Below, in pieces: positions 26,355-37,585 of a stretch of DNA of 64,000 nt; the first letter of the stretch is position 1, and every line of letters begins with the position of its first letter. The notes under the pieces were generated by a model. That model saw only the letters and a list, made by a program, of their open reading frames with translations. It did not search any database and had not been told where the DNA came from. This DNA is from an uncultured Verrucomicrobiae bacterium (lineage in GTDB: Bacteria; Verrucomicrobiota; Verrucomicrobiia; Chthoniobacterales; JAFAMB01), in assembly GCA_963813025.1 (NCBI GenBank), contig CAWEXO010000001.1, positions 32,001 through 96,000 of the forward strand, in the 5' to 3' direction. The translations under genes and the position numbers were made by a program.

Positions 26355-27433
26355 GCCTGCCCGATCGGGTGAAAAGTGTGGTCGCGGCGAGCTCGCGTAT
26401 CCCGTGGCTGGACGCGGTTACGGAAGAAGCTGTCTGGGATTGGCTGGCGCTCGAACTCGGCCCCGGCTGGTCACCCGAAAACTCGGTTTCCTACGGTTCA
26501 TCCCAGCTGCGCTCGACGCCCTGCTCGCCCATTTATCACATCGTCAGCGGGAACACACCGCACGCCGCGATCCAGACCCTCACGCGAGGAATCCTGGTTG
26601 GCGCGATCAACCGCCTGAAAACACCTTCGTCCGAATTACCTGAGCTCGAAGATTTTATTGAAGGATTGGCGGAGGTTGACCGACCGGAGCGCAGCGAGGA
26701 GCTCGTTTTGGAGTGGTTCTCCGAGTCCGCCGCGATCGTCGTCTTCGGAGCGGATGATACGATCCGCGAGTTTTCCCGTCGGGTTGAGCCGTGGCAGCGA
26801 TTTCTGCCTCACGGACAAAAGATCAGCTTAGCCCTGCTTTCCGCGGACTACGATCGCATAATCGCGCGACAGATAGCCCAGGATATCTGTGCGTTCGATC
26901 AGCTCGGCTGTTTGTCGCCCCAATTTTGCTTCGTCCGCTGCCAGCCGCGCCGATTTTGTGAAATGTTGGCGCAGGAACTGGACGGCCTGGCTACGGGCTC
27001 GATCGATTTTTCCACCGCGACCGCGCTGCGATCCTTCCGTGATGAGTGGCGGTTTGCCGCCGCCCAGGATGCTTCTGCCGGTTTGTGGGCAAGCCAGGAC
27101 TCGCTCCGATGGACAATCCTTCTTGACCCCGCACAGAGCGTTCCAAACAACCCACTCTATCGCACGATGATTGTGAAACCGTGGAATGCCATTGGCGCCC
27201 TGGAACCGTTGCGACGCTTCGTCAGCACCATCAGTGTTTTTCCGTTCACCGCGCAAAATGTAGAACTGGCGGTTGGTCTCGGAGCTCAAAGGATTTGTCT
27301 GCCCGGCGCAATGCAGAAGCCGCCGTTGACCTGGCACCATGACGGTTGGCCGGCACTTGGGTCGCTCTTGTGCTACGTGGACATAGAAGAAAGCGGAGGG
27401 AGCGGAGGGAGCGGCTTCAGCGGAGGGATGTAG
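26351..27433 (+). CDS. LuxC-like acyl-CoA reductase
   Basis: HIVSGNTP, VVFGADDTI, HGQKIS, FDQLGCLSPQ, WHHDG; ATGA overlap with the luxE-like gene. Confidence 0.85.
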   Translation: MSLPDRVKSVVAASSRIPWLDAVTEEAVWDWLALELGPGWSPENSVSYGSSQLRSTPCSPIYHIVSGNTPHAAIQTLTRGILVGAINRLKTPSSELPELEDFIEGLAEVDRPERSEELVLEWFSESAAIVVFGADDTIREFSRRVEPWQRFLPHGQKISLALLSADYDRIIARQIAQDICAFDQLGCLSPQFCFVRCQPRRFCEMLAQELDGLATGSIDFSTATALRSFRDEWRFAAAQDASAGLWASQDSLRWTILLDPAQSVPNNPLYRTMIVKPWNAIGALEPLRRFVSTISVFPFTAQNVELAVGLGAQRICLPGAMQKPPLTWHHDGWPALGSLLCYVDIEESGGSGGSGFSGGM

Positions 27434-27503
27434 CTACCCAGTTCGTAATTCCCGCAGCTCTAGCGCTACATCCCTCCGCTCCCTCCGCTCCCTCCGCTTT
27501 CTT
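27387..27503. repeat. Inverted repeat built from 9-mer (AGCGGAGGG)n units between convergent genes
   Basis: AGAAAGCGGAGGGAGCGGAGGG...GATGTAGC mirrored by GCTACATCCCTCCGCTCCCTCCGCTCCCTCCGCTTTCT. Confidence 0.8.
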
Positions 27504-28931
27504 CTAGTACCGGTAATGGTCCGGTTTGAAGGGGCCATCCACCGGAACGCCGATGTACTCCGCCTGGTGCGGACTCAGTTTGGTTAGTTTCACTCCGATC
27601 TTCTCCAGATGCAGACGAGCGACCTCTTCATCTAACCGTTTCGGAAGAATATAAACCTTGTTCTCGTAAACGTTCCGATTCTCCCACAGATCAAGCTGCG
27701 CCAGCACCTGGTTGGAAAATGAATTGCTCATCACGAACGAAGGATGCCCGGTCGCGCATCCCAGATTTACCAGGCGTCCCTCCGCCAGGAGAAAAATCTC
27801 GTGACCATCCGGGAAGCGGTATCGATCGACCTGCGGCTTGATATTCGTCCAGGTAATTCCGCGGACTTCCTTGAGCCGGTCGACCTGCACCTCGTTATCG
27901 AAATGGCCAATGTTGCAGACCACCGCCTGGTCTTTCATTTTCGCCATGTGCTCGACCGTAATGACATCACAGTTGCCGGTGGTAGTGACATAGATATCGC
28001 CGCGCCCAAGGGTGTCCTCGACGGTTGTTACTTCAAAACCCTCCATCGCTGCTTGCAGCGCGTTGATCGGATCGATCTCGGTGACAATGACCCGGGCACC
28101 CTGTCCGCGTAATGATTGGGCACAACCTTTGCCGACATCGCCATAGCCGCAGATTACCGCTATTTTCCCCGAAATCATTACGTCCAGCGCACGATTGATC
28201 CCATCGACTAAAGAGTGCCGGCAGCCATACAAATTATCGAACTTCGACTTCGTCACCGAATCGTTCACATTGAACGCCGGGATTAATAACTTGCCGGCTT
28301 GCTGCAGCCGATAGAGCCGATGTACCCCAGTGGTAGTCTCCTCCGAAACACCTCGCCACTCTTTGACCAGCTCATGCCAGCGGTATGGATTCTCGGAATG
28401 AATTTCTTTGAGCAGATTCTTGATAATCTGTTCTTCTGGACCGTGTGACGGCGAATTTACCCAATCGCTCCCCTCTTCCAGCTCGTATCCTTTGTGAATC
28501 AGGAGTGTGACGTCGCCGCCGTCATCGACAACTAACTGGGGTCCTTTGCCGTCCGGATGGGAGATTGCCTGGTTTGTACACCACCAGTATTCCTCGAGAG
28601 TTTCGCCTTTCCAGGCGAAGACCGGGACCCCGGCCGCAGCAATCGCCGCCGCGGCATGATCCTGGGTCGAGAAGATATTGCAACTCGCCCAACGCACGGA
28701 CGCTCCCAAATCTCGCAGTGTTTCGATGAGAACCGCCGTTTGGATCGTCATGTGCAGCGATCCCGTGATCCGCACTCCAGCGAGCGGCTTTTTGCTGGCG
28801 TGCTTTTTCCGGATCGCCATTAGGCCGGGCATCTCCTTCTCGGCGATACCAATTTCTTTGCGACCAAACTCGGACAGTCCCGGATCGGCGACTTTGAACT
28901 CGGATGGGGTCTCGGAAAGTACGTTGCTCAT
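27504..28931 (-). CDS. ahcY: Adenosylhomocysteinase
   Basis: [47 protein letters not shown]. Confidence 0.98.
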   Translation of the reverse strand: MSNVLSETPSEFKVADPGLSEFGRKEIGIAEKEMPGLMAIRKKHASKKPLAGVRITGSLHMTIQTAVLIETLRDLGASVRWASCNIFSTQDHAAAAIAAAGVPVFAWKGETLEEYWWCTNQAISHPDGKGPQLVVDDGGDVTLLIHKGYELEEGSDWVNSPSHGPEEQIIKNLLKEIHSENPYRWHELVKEWRGVSEETTTGVHRLYRLQQAGKLLIPAFNVNDSVTKSKFDNLYGCRHSLVDGINRALDVMISGKIAVICGYGDVGKGCAQSLRGQGARVIVTEIDPINALQAAMEGFEVTTVEDTLGRGDIYVTTTGNCDVITVEHMAKMKDQAVVCNIGHFDNEVQVDRLKEVRGITWTNIKPQVDRYRFPDGHEIFLLAEGRLVNLGCATGHPSFVMSNSFSNQVLAQLDLWENRNVYENKVYILPKRLDEEVARLHLEKIGVKLTKLSPHQAEYIGVPVDGPFKPDHYRY

Positions 28932-28941
28932 AATAGTTGAT

Positions 28942-30120
28942 TCACGAAAGGAACTTGCGGAGCGCCTCCGCTTTATCAGTTTTCTCCCAGGTTAATGCGT
29001 CGAGATCGTCCTCTCGTCCGAAATGGCCGTAGTTGGTTGTCTTCGAGTAGATTGGCCTGAGCAGATTCAGCTGCTTGATGATGGCAGCCGGCTTGAAGTT
29101 GAAAATCTCTTCGATTGCGTCTTCGATCCTGACCTCATCAACGGTCGATGTCCCGAAGGTACTGACGCTGAGGCTGACCGGATCGGGATAGCCGATCGCG
29201 TAAGCAAATTGAACCTCGCATCGTTCCGCTAAACCAGCGGCAACCACATTCTTCGCGACGTAGCGCCCCATGTAAGCGGCCGAGCGATCCACTTTGGACG
29301 GGTCTTTGCCCGAAAATGCGCCGCCGCCATGCCGGCCCATACCCCCGTAGGTATCCACGATGATCTTCCGTCCAGTCAACCCGGAGTCGCCTTCCGGTCC
29401 CCCAATGACAAAGCGGCCAGTTGGATTGATGAGATAACGGGTGCGCGCATCAATCCAGTTCTCCGGGATGACCTTCCGAATGACTCGCTCAATGATCGTC
29501 TCGCGAATTTCCTTGTGCTTGATTTCGTCCGCGTGCTGGGTGGACACCACCACGGCATCCACGCGAATCGGCCGAAGGCCCTCGTACTCCACCGAAACCT
29601 GGGTTTTGGCATCGGGCCGCAGCCAAGGCAGTTCACCCGATTTTCGGAGACTCGCTAACTCGCTGCCCAACTGATGGCTGAATTGGATCGGTGCCGGCAT
29701 CAACTCGGGCGTTTCGTTAACGGCAAATCCGAACATCAACCCTTGATCACCCGCTCCCTGTTCCGCAGTCTCCTTACCCTCGGCCGCTCGAGCGTCCACA
29801 CCTTGGGCGATATCGTGTGATTGACGGCTTAACGCCTGTACGACCAGGCAAGTCTCCGCATGAAACAAAGAATTCTCATAGACATAACCGATATCTCGAA
29901 TTGCGGAGCGCACTTCGTCGATATAATCGAATCGCGCGTTTGTGGTGATTTCACCGGCAACAACGACCAGATTGCCTTTGACCAATGTTTCGCAGGCGAC
30001 CCGACTTTCCGGGTCCTGCGCCAAACAAGCATCGAGGATGCGATCGGAGATGGTGTCGCAGACCTTGTCAGGATGACCTTCGGTCACGGATTCGGAGGAA
30101 AAGAGAGAACGGCGCGACAT
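28942..30120 (-). CDS. metK: S-adenosylmethionine synthetase
   Basis: [26 protein letters not shown]. Confidence 0.98.
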   Translation of the reverse strand: MSRRSLFSSESVTEGHPDKVCDTISDRILDACLAQDPESRVACETLVKGNLVVVAGEITTNARFDYIDEVRSAIRDIGYVYENSLFHAETCLVVQALSRQSHDIAQGVDARAAEGKETAEQGAGDQGLMFGFAVNETPELMPAPIQFSHQLGSELASLRKSGELPWLRPDAKTQVSVEYEGLRPIRVDAVVVSTQHADEIKHKEIRETIIERVIRKVIPENWIDARTRYLINPTGRFVIGGPEGDSGLTGRKIIVDTYGGMGRHGGGAFSGKDPSKVDRSAAYMGRYVAKNVVAAGLAERCEVQFAYAIGYPDPVSLSVSTFGTSTVDEVRIEDAIEEIFNFKPAAIIKQLNLLRPIYSKTTNYGHFGREDDLDALTWEKTDKAEALRKFLS

Positions 30121-30190
30121 AGTCATAGATTTTGGGCTAAGGAACAGACGGTTCAAGAGAGGCCTATTGCGGCGACTGGAGAATATTGAC

Positions 30191-30210
30191 CGATCATGAT
30201 ATCCTGATAT
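30191..30210. promoter_or_regulatory. Putative SahR operator overlapping a TTGACC -35 element
   Basis: Near-palindrome ATCATGATATCCTGAT (14/16 symmetric) between divergent metK and sahR-like genes. Confidence 0.6.
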
Positions 30211-30225
30211 ATCGACTGATTTTCC

Positions 30226-31155
30226 ATGCCGTCAACGTTGAATTCTCTCCGGCTCCTGGCCGACCCGACTCGGATCCGACTCTTGCATCTGCTCGAGTCT
30301 GGCGAGCTTTCGGTTGCCGAAATTCAGGAAGTCCTCGGCATGGGTCAGTCCCGCATCTCGACGCACTTGGCGCAACTGAAGCGCGCCGGACTGCTCTCGG
30401 ATCGGCGCGTCGGTAAAAACATCTATTATCGCTGGCCGGTCGCCGAATCTTTTCCGCTGAGCGAATTCAAGAAGCTGGTTAGTCTCGTAATTTCCGACTT
30501 GCCCGAAGCCGCTGAAGATCAAGTGGCCCTGAATCACGTCTTGGCGAAGCGCCGTGATCGCTCCAGAGAATATTTTAACAAACTGGCTGGAAAATTCGGG
30601 CGGAGCTATTGCCCTGGACGTTCCTGGCAAGGCCTCGCGCATCTTCTGCTCACCCTTGTCCCCGACATCGATGTCGCAGATCTCGGAGCCGGTGAGGGGA
30701 CTCTCTCCCAACTCCTGGCACGTCGCGCTCGTAAAGTCATTGCCGTGGATCTGTCGGAAAAAATGGTCGAATTCGGCGCGGATCTGGCGAGGAGTCATGG
30801 CTTCACCAATCTTGAATATCGTTTGGGAGATCTTGAAGATCCGCCGATCGCGCGGGGTACAATTGATTTAGCCATTTTCAGCCAGGCCCTGCATCATGCG
30901 AATAATCCGGATAGAGCCATTGGCGCGGCGGCAAGGATCTTGCGGCAGGGCGGACGGGTGGTCGTGCTCGACTTGCTCTCCCATACATTTGAGCAGGCGC
31001 GAGAACTGTATGCCGATCTCTGGCTGGGTTTTAGCGAGGTAGAACTGCTGCAGCTCCTGAAAAGCAACAGCTTCACTGACTGTGAAGCTCAGGTGATTTC
31101 TCGCGAAGCGGATGCACCGCATTTCCAGACAATCCTGGCGACGGGGATTAAGTAG
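30226..31155 (+). CDS. sahR: ArsR-HTH/methyltransferase fusion regulator (SahR-like)
   Basis: [40 protein letters not shown] motif; adjacent to metK-ahcY. Confidence 0.85.
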   Translation: MPSTLNSLRLLADPTRIRLLHLLESGELSVAEIQEVLGMGQSRISTHLAQLKRAGLLSDRRVGKNIYYRWPVAESFPLSEFKKLVSLVISDLPEAAEDQVALNHVLAKRRDRSREYFNKLAGKFGRSYCPGRSWQGLAHLLLTLVPDIDVADLGAGEGTLSQLLARRARKVIAVDLSEKMVEFGADLARSHGFTNLEYRLGDLEDPPIARGTIDLAIFSQALHHANNPDRAIGAAARILRQGGRVVVLDLLSHTFEQARELYADLWLGFSEVELLQLLKSNSFTDCEAQVISREADAPHFQTILATGIK

Positions 31156-31204
31156 TTGCGAGTTGCGAGTTGCGAGTTGCGAGTTGCGAGTTGCGAGTCC
31201 CGAG
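31155..31204. repeat. (GTTGCGA)n heptamer tandem repeat
   Basis: Six exact units plus a degenerate tail. Confidence 0.9.
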
Positions 31205-31407
31205 TCGTGAAGTGTGTGCGACAAATCGGACGCACCAAGATAAAGACACTCACCTGCCGGTCCTTCCTACGCATGCTGATCGCCCGGAGCGGTAGGGCAC
31301 CGGCTCTTGTCGGTCCTTCCCTGCTTGATTTATCCGCCAAAGATCATTGAGGATCATCGAAGCTCGCCTTGGCGTGTGCCGGGCTGTTTGCGTGAAAAGA
31401 ATAGTCC

Positions 31408-33507
31408 ATGATCCGGCTTCTTCTGGCGCTCTTTTGGCTAACGGGTTCGGCGGCGGCCGAAGCTAATTTTTATCAACCCAGTCCTCGTTCCCCCCATCAA
31501 GGCGACGTCCTCTACTTTCTGTTAACCGATCGTTTCCGGAACGGCGATCGTTCGAACGATCGTGGTCTTATCGATTCCGAAGATCTGCTGCTGACCGGGT
31601 TCGATCCGACCCGAATCAACTTCTATCATGGAGGTGACTTTCGCGGAGTGACCGAAAAGCTCGATTACATCCGGGACCTCGGCGCCACGCTGATCTGGAT
31701 GACGCCCTTCTTGAAAAACAAAACGGTCCAGAACTACGGTGGCCTCGATAAGTCGTTTGCCGGCTATCACGGCTATTGGATTCTCGATTTTACGGATGTC
31801 GATCCTCATCTCGGCACGAAAACAGATTTGCAGACGTTGATCAATGAAGCGCGCAAGCGACAACTGGGCATTGTCATGGATGTTGTCGTGAATCACACCG
31901 CCGACGTGATTCAGCCCGCAAACGGCTCGACCGCATATCAATACAAGTTTTCCAAACCGTACCTGGACGCTCACGGCAGGCCGTTTGACGACCGCGACTA
32001 CATCAACCGGCCAGATTTTCCGAAGCTCAATCCCGCCATCAGTTTTCCTGTTCCTCCGTCCTTTGCTCGCGAGGCAGATCGCTTCGTGAAAAAACCGGAC
32101 TGGTTGAATGATGTCACCGTCTACCACAATCGCGGTAACGTGGCGGGCGCCGGAGAAAGCGCCCAATATGGGGATCTCGTCGGCCTCGATGACCTTTTTA
32201 CCGAACAACTCCGTGTTGTTCAAGGAATGACCAGGATCTATCAGGATTGGATCCAGGAGTTCGATTTGCAGGGGTTCCGCCTGGACACGGTCAAACATGT
32301 CAACAACGAGTTCTGGAATGCTTTTGTTCCTGCCATTCTGGCCGGCGCTCAGGATGCCGGTCGAAAGAACTTCTTTGTCTTCGGTGAGGTTTTTGACCCT
32401 GACCCGGCGTTCCTCTCTGAGTATGCGCATCGGACAGCCGTGCCAACGGTTCTCGATTTCGGATTTCAAAGAGCAAGCGTGGGTTTTGCGACTGGCCGGG
32501 ATCCTCCCTCCAGATTGGCAGATTTTTTTCGCAAAGATGATTTTTATACGACTCCCCGGACCAATGCCTATCAATTGTTAACCTTCACCGGCAACCACGA
32601 CATTGGCCGCCTTGGCCATTTCCTCCGCAGCAGTCTTCCGGACGCGCACGAAGATGAGCTAGTCGCACGCGCCATTCTCGCGAATGTCTTGCTCATGTTC
32701 AGTCGCGGCATTCCGATCATTTACTATGGAGATGAACAGGGGTATACGGGCAAAGGCGCAGATTCCGCGGCGCGGCAGGATATGTTCGCTTCGCGCACCC
32801 CGGAGTACGCCGAGGAGCGCCATCTCGGCGGCGGGACAGGGACAGAAGACTCTTTCAATGAGCGGCACCCGCTTTTTAGGGCGATCCAGCAGCTCATTGC
32901 CATCCGCGGAAAATATCCTGCGCTCCAATCGGGAACACAGATCACGCGTTGGAGCGAGGAGCAGGCTGGCCTGTTTGCCTTTTCGCGCATCGATCCGCAA
33001 ACCAGGCGAGAAATTCTCGTTGTTCTGAATAATGCGACCGGGCCGCGGGAAGGTAAAATTCCGGTCGCCTCGCCCGGCGGCAATTGGAATCAGGTCTATC
33101 CACAGGATGGAGAAGAAGCACAGTTCGCTTCGGGGCCGGAAAACCAGCTTTTGGTGACGCTTCCGGGACTTTCCGCGCTGGTCCTGCAAAACTCGCAGCC
33201 TCTCCGGCCGCCGGAAAAGCCGATTCAGCCGATGACTCTGGTCGTCAGTCATGGAAGCGAGATTGACGGGCGGTGGGAGCTCAAGGTCGAGACGAATGAG
33301 GAGCGACCGCTCTCGGTGGCTTTCGGCGTACGCCTGAAAGGAGAATCGGATTATCGATGGCTCGGGACAGCGGATTCGCCCCCCTACCGCGTGTTTCCTA
33401 CCCGGGATGAAACGCCCGCCGCGGCCGGGCTTGAGTTCAAGGTGATTGCCCGGGATCTCTTCGGAAGCGAAACGACCGCCGAGGCAACCTGGAAACGACC
33501 CGGGTGA
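31408..33507 (+). CDS. Secreted GH13 alpha-amylase family protein
   Basis: Signal peptide; TDRFRNGD, YHGYW, DVVVNH, GFRLDTVKHV, FGEV, GNHD, YYGDEQG. Confidence 0.92.
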   Translation: MIRLLLALFWLTGSAAAEANFYQPSPRSPHQGDVLYFLLTDRFRNGDRSNDRGLIDSEDLLLTGFDPTRINFYHGGDFRGVTEKLDYIRDLGATLIWMTPFLKNKTVQNYGGLDKSFAGYHGYWILDFTDVDPHLGTKTDLQTLINEARKRQLGIVMDVVVNHTADVIQPANGSTAYQYKFSKPYLDAHGRPFDDRDYINRPDFPKLNPAISFPVPPSFAREADRFVKKPDWLNDVTVYHNRGNVAGAGESAQYGDLVGLDDLFTEQLRVVQGMTRIYQDWIQEFDLQGFRLDTVKHVNNEFWNAFVPAILAGAQDAGRKNFFVFGEVFDPDPAFLSEYAHRTAVPTVLDFGFQRASVGFATGRDPPSRLADFFRKDDFYTTPRTNAYQLLTFTGNHDIGRLGHFLRSSLPDAHEDELVARAILANVLLMFSRGIPIIYYGDEQGYTGKGADSAARQDMFASRTPEYAEERHLGGGTGTEDSFNERHPLFRAIQQLIAIRGKYPALQSGTQITRWSEEQAGLFAFSRIDPQTRREILVVLNNATGPREGKIPVASPGGNWNQVYPQDGEEAQFASGPENQLLVTLPGLSALVLQNSQPLRPPEKPIQPMTLVVSHGSEIDGRWELKVETNEERPLSVAFGVRLKGESDYRWLGTADSPPYRVFPTRDETPAAAGLEFKVIARDLFGSETTAEATWKRPG

Positions 33508-33571
33508 GGAGTCCCGAGTCACGGGTCCCGATCAACCATCCTGCCGCTCCGCGGATTTCCCAGGGCCAGTC

Positions 33572-35400
33572 TTAAGCTTTCCAGACCTGGATAGAACCCG
33601 GATCGATGTCGAGCCGGCAGCGCTCGCTGATCGAGCTTGGATCGGCCAGAAGGCGCAATCGAACATCGCCCAGCCGAACAGAGACCTGCCGCATTGCGCC
33701 CATGGAAACGACTTCTTCGATCGCTGCTTCGTAGCGCCCGTTGCCACTAAGCCGGACGTATTCCGGTCGCACACTCCAGCCAACCCGCTCGTTTGGCACC
33801 AAGGGCGGGCCTCCTACCGAAAGGCTCACGCCTTTCCCGATTTCGATCTGGCTCTCCCCGACGGTCGTTCCGAACACCACGTTCTCGGCGCCAAGCAGGC
33901 GAGCAACAGTTTCGCTGGCCGGCCGGGCAAACACCATTTCGGTTGTGCCTGTTTGCAGAACCCGGCCTTGATCAAGGACGAGGATCTCGTCGGCCAGCGC
34001 CGCCGCTTCGTCCGGGTCATGGGTCACAATCGCTACCGTTGCCTGAATTTCGTCCTCCAGTTTACGGAACTCCTCGCGCAGCCGCCGGCGCAGCGGGGTG
34101 TCCAGAGCGGAGAAGGGTTCATCGAGCAGCACGATGTCCACTGGCCGCACAAGTGCGCGCACCAATGCCACCCGCTGTTGCTGCCCGATTGACAACGCAG
34201 CCGGAAGCCTCTCTTCCAGACCGGAAAGGCCGAGCCGGTCAAGCCAACGCCGCGCGGCGAGCGCTTTGGCGCCAGCCGGAAAAAGGACTTGGCGCGCCAC
34301 AGTCATGTGCGGAAAGAGGGCGTAATCCTGTGGTACATACCCGACTCCGCGAGCTTCCGCCGGCAGTGGCCAGAGGTCTTTTTCACCCAGGCGCAGAACG
34401 CCGGAGTCCGCTCTGTCCAGGCCTGCGATCAGGCGCAGCGTCATGGTTTTTCCCGCTCCGGAAGGGCCAAGAATCGCCAGACGCCGAGCTCGGGTACTCC
34501 AAGCGACGTCGAGTTCAAAAGAACCAAGGCGCCGCTCAAATCGGAAAGTGAGGACCGGTTCTGCTCCGGCTCCCGGAGCGATCATCGTTTCGGTCGCATC
34601 GCGCGTTTTGACAAACGTTGAAGCGGGGGCAATCGCGGCGCGGCGCGGCGCTGGCCGGACGCTCAAATTGCACAGGGCGAGGACCGCAAATGCCGCTGCC
34701 AAGGCCGGGAGCAGCACCGGCATCATCGCCGGCAGTCCCTGGCTGCCAAACGCGACGTACATGTAGACTGGTAATGAATAGGGGTGATAAGCGACCATCA
34801 CGGTCGCTCCAAACTCGCCGAAGGCGCGCAACCAGGCGAGCAGCAAACCCGCGCGAATCCCAGGCCAGGCCAGCGGCAAGCTGACCTGCAGAAAGGTTCC
34901 CAGCTTTTCCGACCCAGGGTGGCCGAGACTTCTTCGAGCACAGGTTCGACTGTGCCAAAGGCGGATCGCGCCGCGACGATCAGGAACGGAGCAGCAACGA
35001 ACGTCTGCGCCAGAACTATACCGGCAAAGGAGTCAGTCAGCAGACCATGACCAAGCCGCCCAAGCGGCGAATAGGGTCCGACCAGAAAAAGCAGAAGAAC
35101 GCCGCTGGCCAATGGAGGCAAGGCGAGCGGCAGTTGCACGACGAAACCAAGGATCGCCATTCCGCGGCTTGGCAAACGCGCGAGACAATAACCGAGCGGA
35201 ACACCGCCGATCAGGATCAGCGCGGCAGACACCGTCGCGCTGCTGACCGAGACGGCGAGTGCGCGCCACAGCTCGGTCGCATTGGTCGAAGTCCAGTCAG
35301 TGAGCCCCGCTTGCTGGAGCGCTGCCCAGAAAGGCGCACACAAATAAATTACCAGCAACGCTGCCAGCCACAGCAGCGGTCCGGGCACACGTCGGGTCAC
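33572..35400 (-). CDS. Molybdate/tungstate-type ABC permease-ATPase fusion (ModB-ModC-like), frameshifted near 34900
   Basis: PLALPPLASG..VAAPF..(frameshift)..LPLAWPG..RAFGEFGAT then GPSGAGKT, LSIGQQQRV, LLDEPFSALD and TOBE-like end. Confidence 0.85.
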
Positions 35401-36266
35401 TGGGAAGCGTTGATGAGCGATTGAAGGACAGTTGGCACGGCTTGCGCGTCACCGCTCAAAGTCGTTTTCAGCAACTCGAGGCCATGCTCTTGTAACCGGT
35501 CGCGATTCTGAGAGCCGAGCAGAAAACCGACAAACCTCCCGGCTCCTGCCGGGTTCGGCGCATTTCGCAGGATTGCGACGGTGTACCGGGCTTTTGGAGC
35601 GATCTGGCTCGGCAAGGTGATCGCGGGGATTTTCGCCTCCGAGGTTTCGGTCGAATAGAAGAATCCGGCATCGAGTTGTCCCGACTGCAAACGTCCGACG
35701 AGGGTTTCCTCTGGAAGAACCTGCGCCGGGTTATCGGGGCTTCCAAGGATTTTTTCGGAAAGGCCTGGCTGGTTGTAGAAGGTTTCCGCGCGCTTCAGTA
35801 GCTCCAGGGTTAACGCGCCTTTGGGATCGAGCTTTGGATCGGTTCGCCCAAGCTTCAGGCCAGGCGCGGCGAGCGTCTCATACCAGGGCTTGCTCTTGAG
35901 GTCATCAGCGAACTGACTTGCTGGATTGTAACCGATGACAAGCGGCGACTCGGCAAAAGCGATATACCAGCGCACCCAGTCGCCATTGGCTTGCCCCATC
36001 AGCTGGTCGTTGACCTTCGGATTGGCGCTGATAAATACGTCTCCGCGGCGCAGCCGACTCTTGATCTCGTTTGCCAGCTTGTTTGAGCCGGCAGCGTAGC
36101 CCTGAAACCTGTCCCCGCCTTTCTCGAAGGCCGGACCGATGCTTCGCTCCATGAGATTCACTAAAGAACCGGCGTACAGAACATTGACGGTGCTGTCGCC
36201 AGCCCACCCGGAACTGGACGTCGCGATCATTGAACCGAGCGCGAGCATTGGAGTCCTAACGTTCAT
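35397..36266 (-). CDS. Molybdate/tungstate ABC substrate-binding protein (ModA/WtpA-like)
   Basis: VLYAGSL, DVFISA, GRTDPKLDPKG. Confidence 0.85.
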   Translation of the reverse strand: MNVRTPMLALGSMIATSSSGWAGDSTVNVLYAGSLVNLMERSIGPAFEKGGDRFQGYAAGSNKLANEIKSRLRRGDVFISANPKVNDQLMGQANGDWVRWYIAFAESPLVIGYNPASQFADDLKSKPWYETLAAPGLKLGRTDPKLDPKGALTLELLKRAETFYNQPGLSEKILGSPDNPAQVLPEETLVGRLQSGQLDAGFFYSTETSEAKIPAITLPSQIAPKARYTVAILRNAPNPAGAGRFVGFLLGSQNRDRLQEHGLELLKTTLSGDAQAVPTVLQSLINASQ

Positions 36267-36487
36267 GAAAAGATTTCATCAGGGTGTCTTTTTCGGTGAG
36301 GCAGCACTGCTTCTGGTAAACTGAAAATCAGAGGCATACAATCATACCGCTGACCCTCTGGTAGTGCGCAAATTCAAAAATTCTTCTCCCAAACACTGTA
36401 CGAGACAGGTTTCGCAAATTCTTGCCTGAACAGGGGCCGTTTTGCAGCATGGCTGGCACTGAGCAGATGCCATTCGGGCGAGCGTCT

Positions 36488-36639
36488 TTGGAGTGCGCGC
36501 GACTTGTCGCCGCTTTGAGATCGCGCGGAGCGCGACCCGGGCCGAAAACAAAAAACGAAGTGGTCGAGCTCTCTGCCGAAAAAACGCCCGGTCGAGGCCG
36601 CGCGAACCCTAAAGCGGCGACAAGTCGCGCGCACTCCAA
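36488..36639. repeat. REP-doublet-like element with perfect 29-bp inverted arms
   Basis: TTGGAGTGCGCGCGACTTGTCGCCGCTTT (36488-36516) and its exact reverse complement (36611-36639). Confidence 0.85.
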
Positions 36640-36754
36640 GACCCGCAACGACTTGCCGGCGATATGCTTGAGGCTTCGTTTTCGCCCAGACATATTATAA
36701 CTGTTTTTATTTTTAGTTTGATTTATAATATCGTTTCAATAATATGTTTTATAT

Positions 36755-37522
36755 ATGCATCGCCTCCTGGGATTACCGGTCTTGCTCTTCCAGATCTCTT
36801 TGGCCGACGGGTCGACCACTTTGCCGAAGCCTATCGAGCACCTGGCCCGCGCCGCCATCTCAGCTGACTGGTTGGGATTTTACGGCAGCGTCTCCATCGC
36901 GACGACAAGCTACTATCTCTTCGGCTTGCAGCAGGGTCAGCGATCCGGGGTGGTCGTGATTGGCGATAATCCGGAAGCTTGGGTGGTCGGCGCGGATACA
37001 GCTCTCAGCTCAATTCACCTGGACCAATCGCCCGAGATCGTCGCGGCCGCCCTGAGGGGATTCAGCGTGCTGCTGGCGGGCAAGACGCCAATATCACTTT
37101 TCGGCAGCCCTGCCGGTTCTTCGTCGAACGCGTCCTGCGTCCCGACCTGCCCGATCGGTGACCAGCTTGATCAGCTCCTGGAGCCGATTACCGGATTCCA
37201 TCTGCGCACGAACGCGACGCGGGAGATCTTGTCCAGGCTCCAGGAAAGCAACGCGCTTTCGCTTGATCCGGCGGACGTCGTTCCCGGATCGATTTTGATC
37301 AGCCCCAGCCGTTATGAGAGACATGGGCCGGTCTCCTTGGGAGCCGTCGGAATAGTCGGGGCCGATCGCTATGTCTACGGCACTGACGCCAGCGGCCGTT
37401 GGAGACGGCTGGCGCCGGTGAAGGTCTGGCTGGAGGATCTCCGGCTCACTAACGGCGTTTTCGCCTTTTTGCTCCGTGCTGCGGATGGCAAAGCCGGAGG
37501 GGACCTTCGCCGCCTCCGCTGA
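36755..37522 (+). CDS. Exported hypothetical protein
   Basis: Signal-peptide-like start after an AT-rich tract; PGSILISP..GAVGIVG weakly resembles amidase-like folds. Confidence 0.55.
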   Translation: MHRLLGLPVLLFQISLADGSTTLPKPIEHLARAAISADWLGFYGSVSIATTSYYLFGLQQGQRSGVVVIGDNPEAWVVGADTALSSIHLDQSPEIVAAALRGFSVLLAGKTPISLFGSPAGSSSNASCVPTCPIGDQLDQLLEPITGFHLRTNATREILSRLQESNALSLDPADVVPGSILISPSRYERHGPVSLGAVGIVGADRYVYGTDASGRWRRLAPVKVWLEDLRLTNGVFAFLLRAADGKAGGDLRRLR

Positions 37523-37585
37523 CTCATCAGTGCGTGCGTTTTCCCCAAATGGACCAGCCTGTACGCGAATCAGAGAACCGACTCG

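Noticed and set aside
25323..27433. Bioluminescence operon
   Set aside because: No luxA, luxB or luxD in the window
30121..30225. SAM or SAH riboswitch upstream of metK
   Set aside because: No recognisable aptamer core; a protein operator explains the region better
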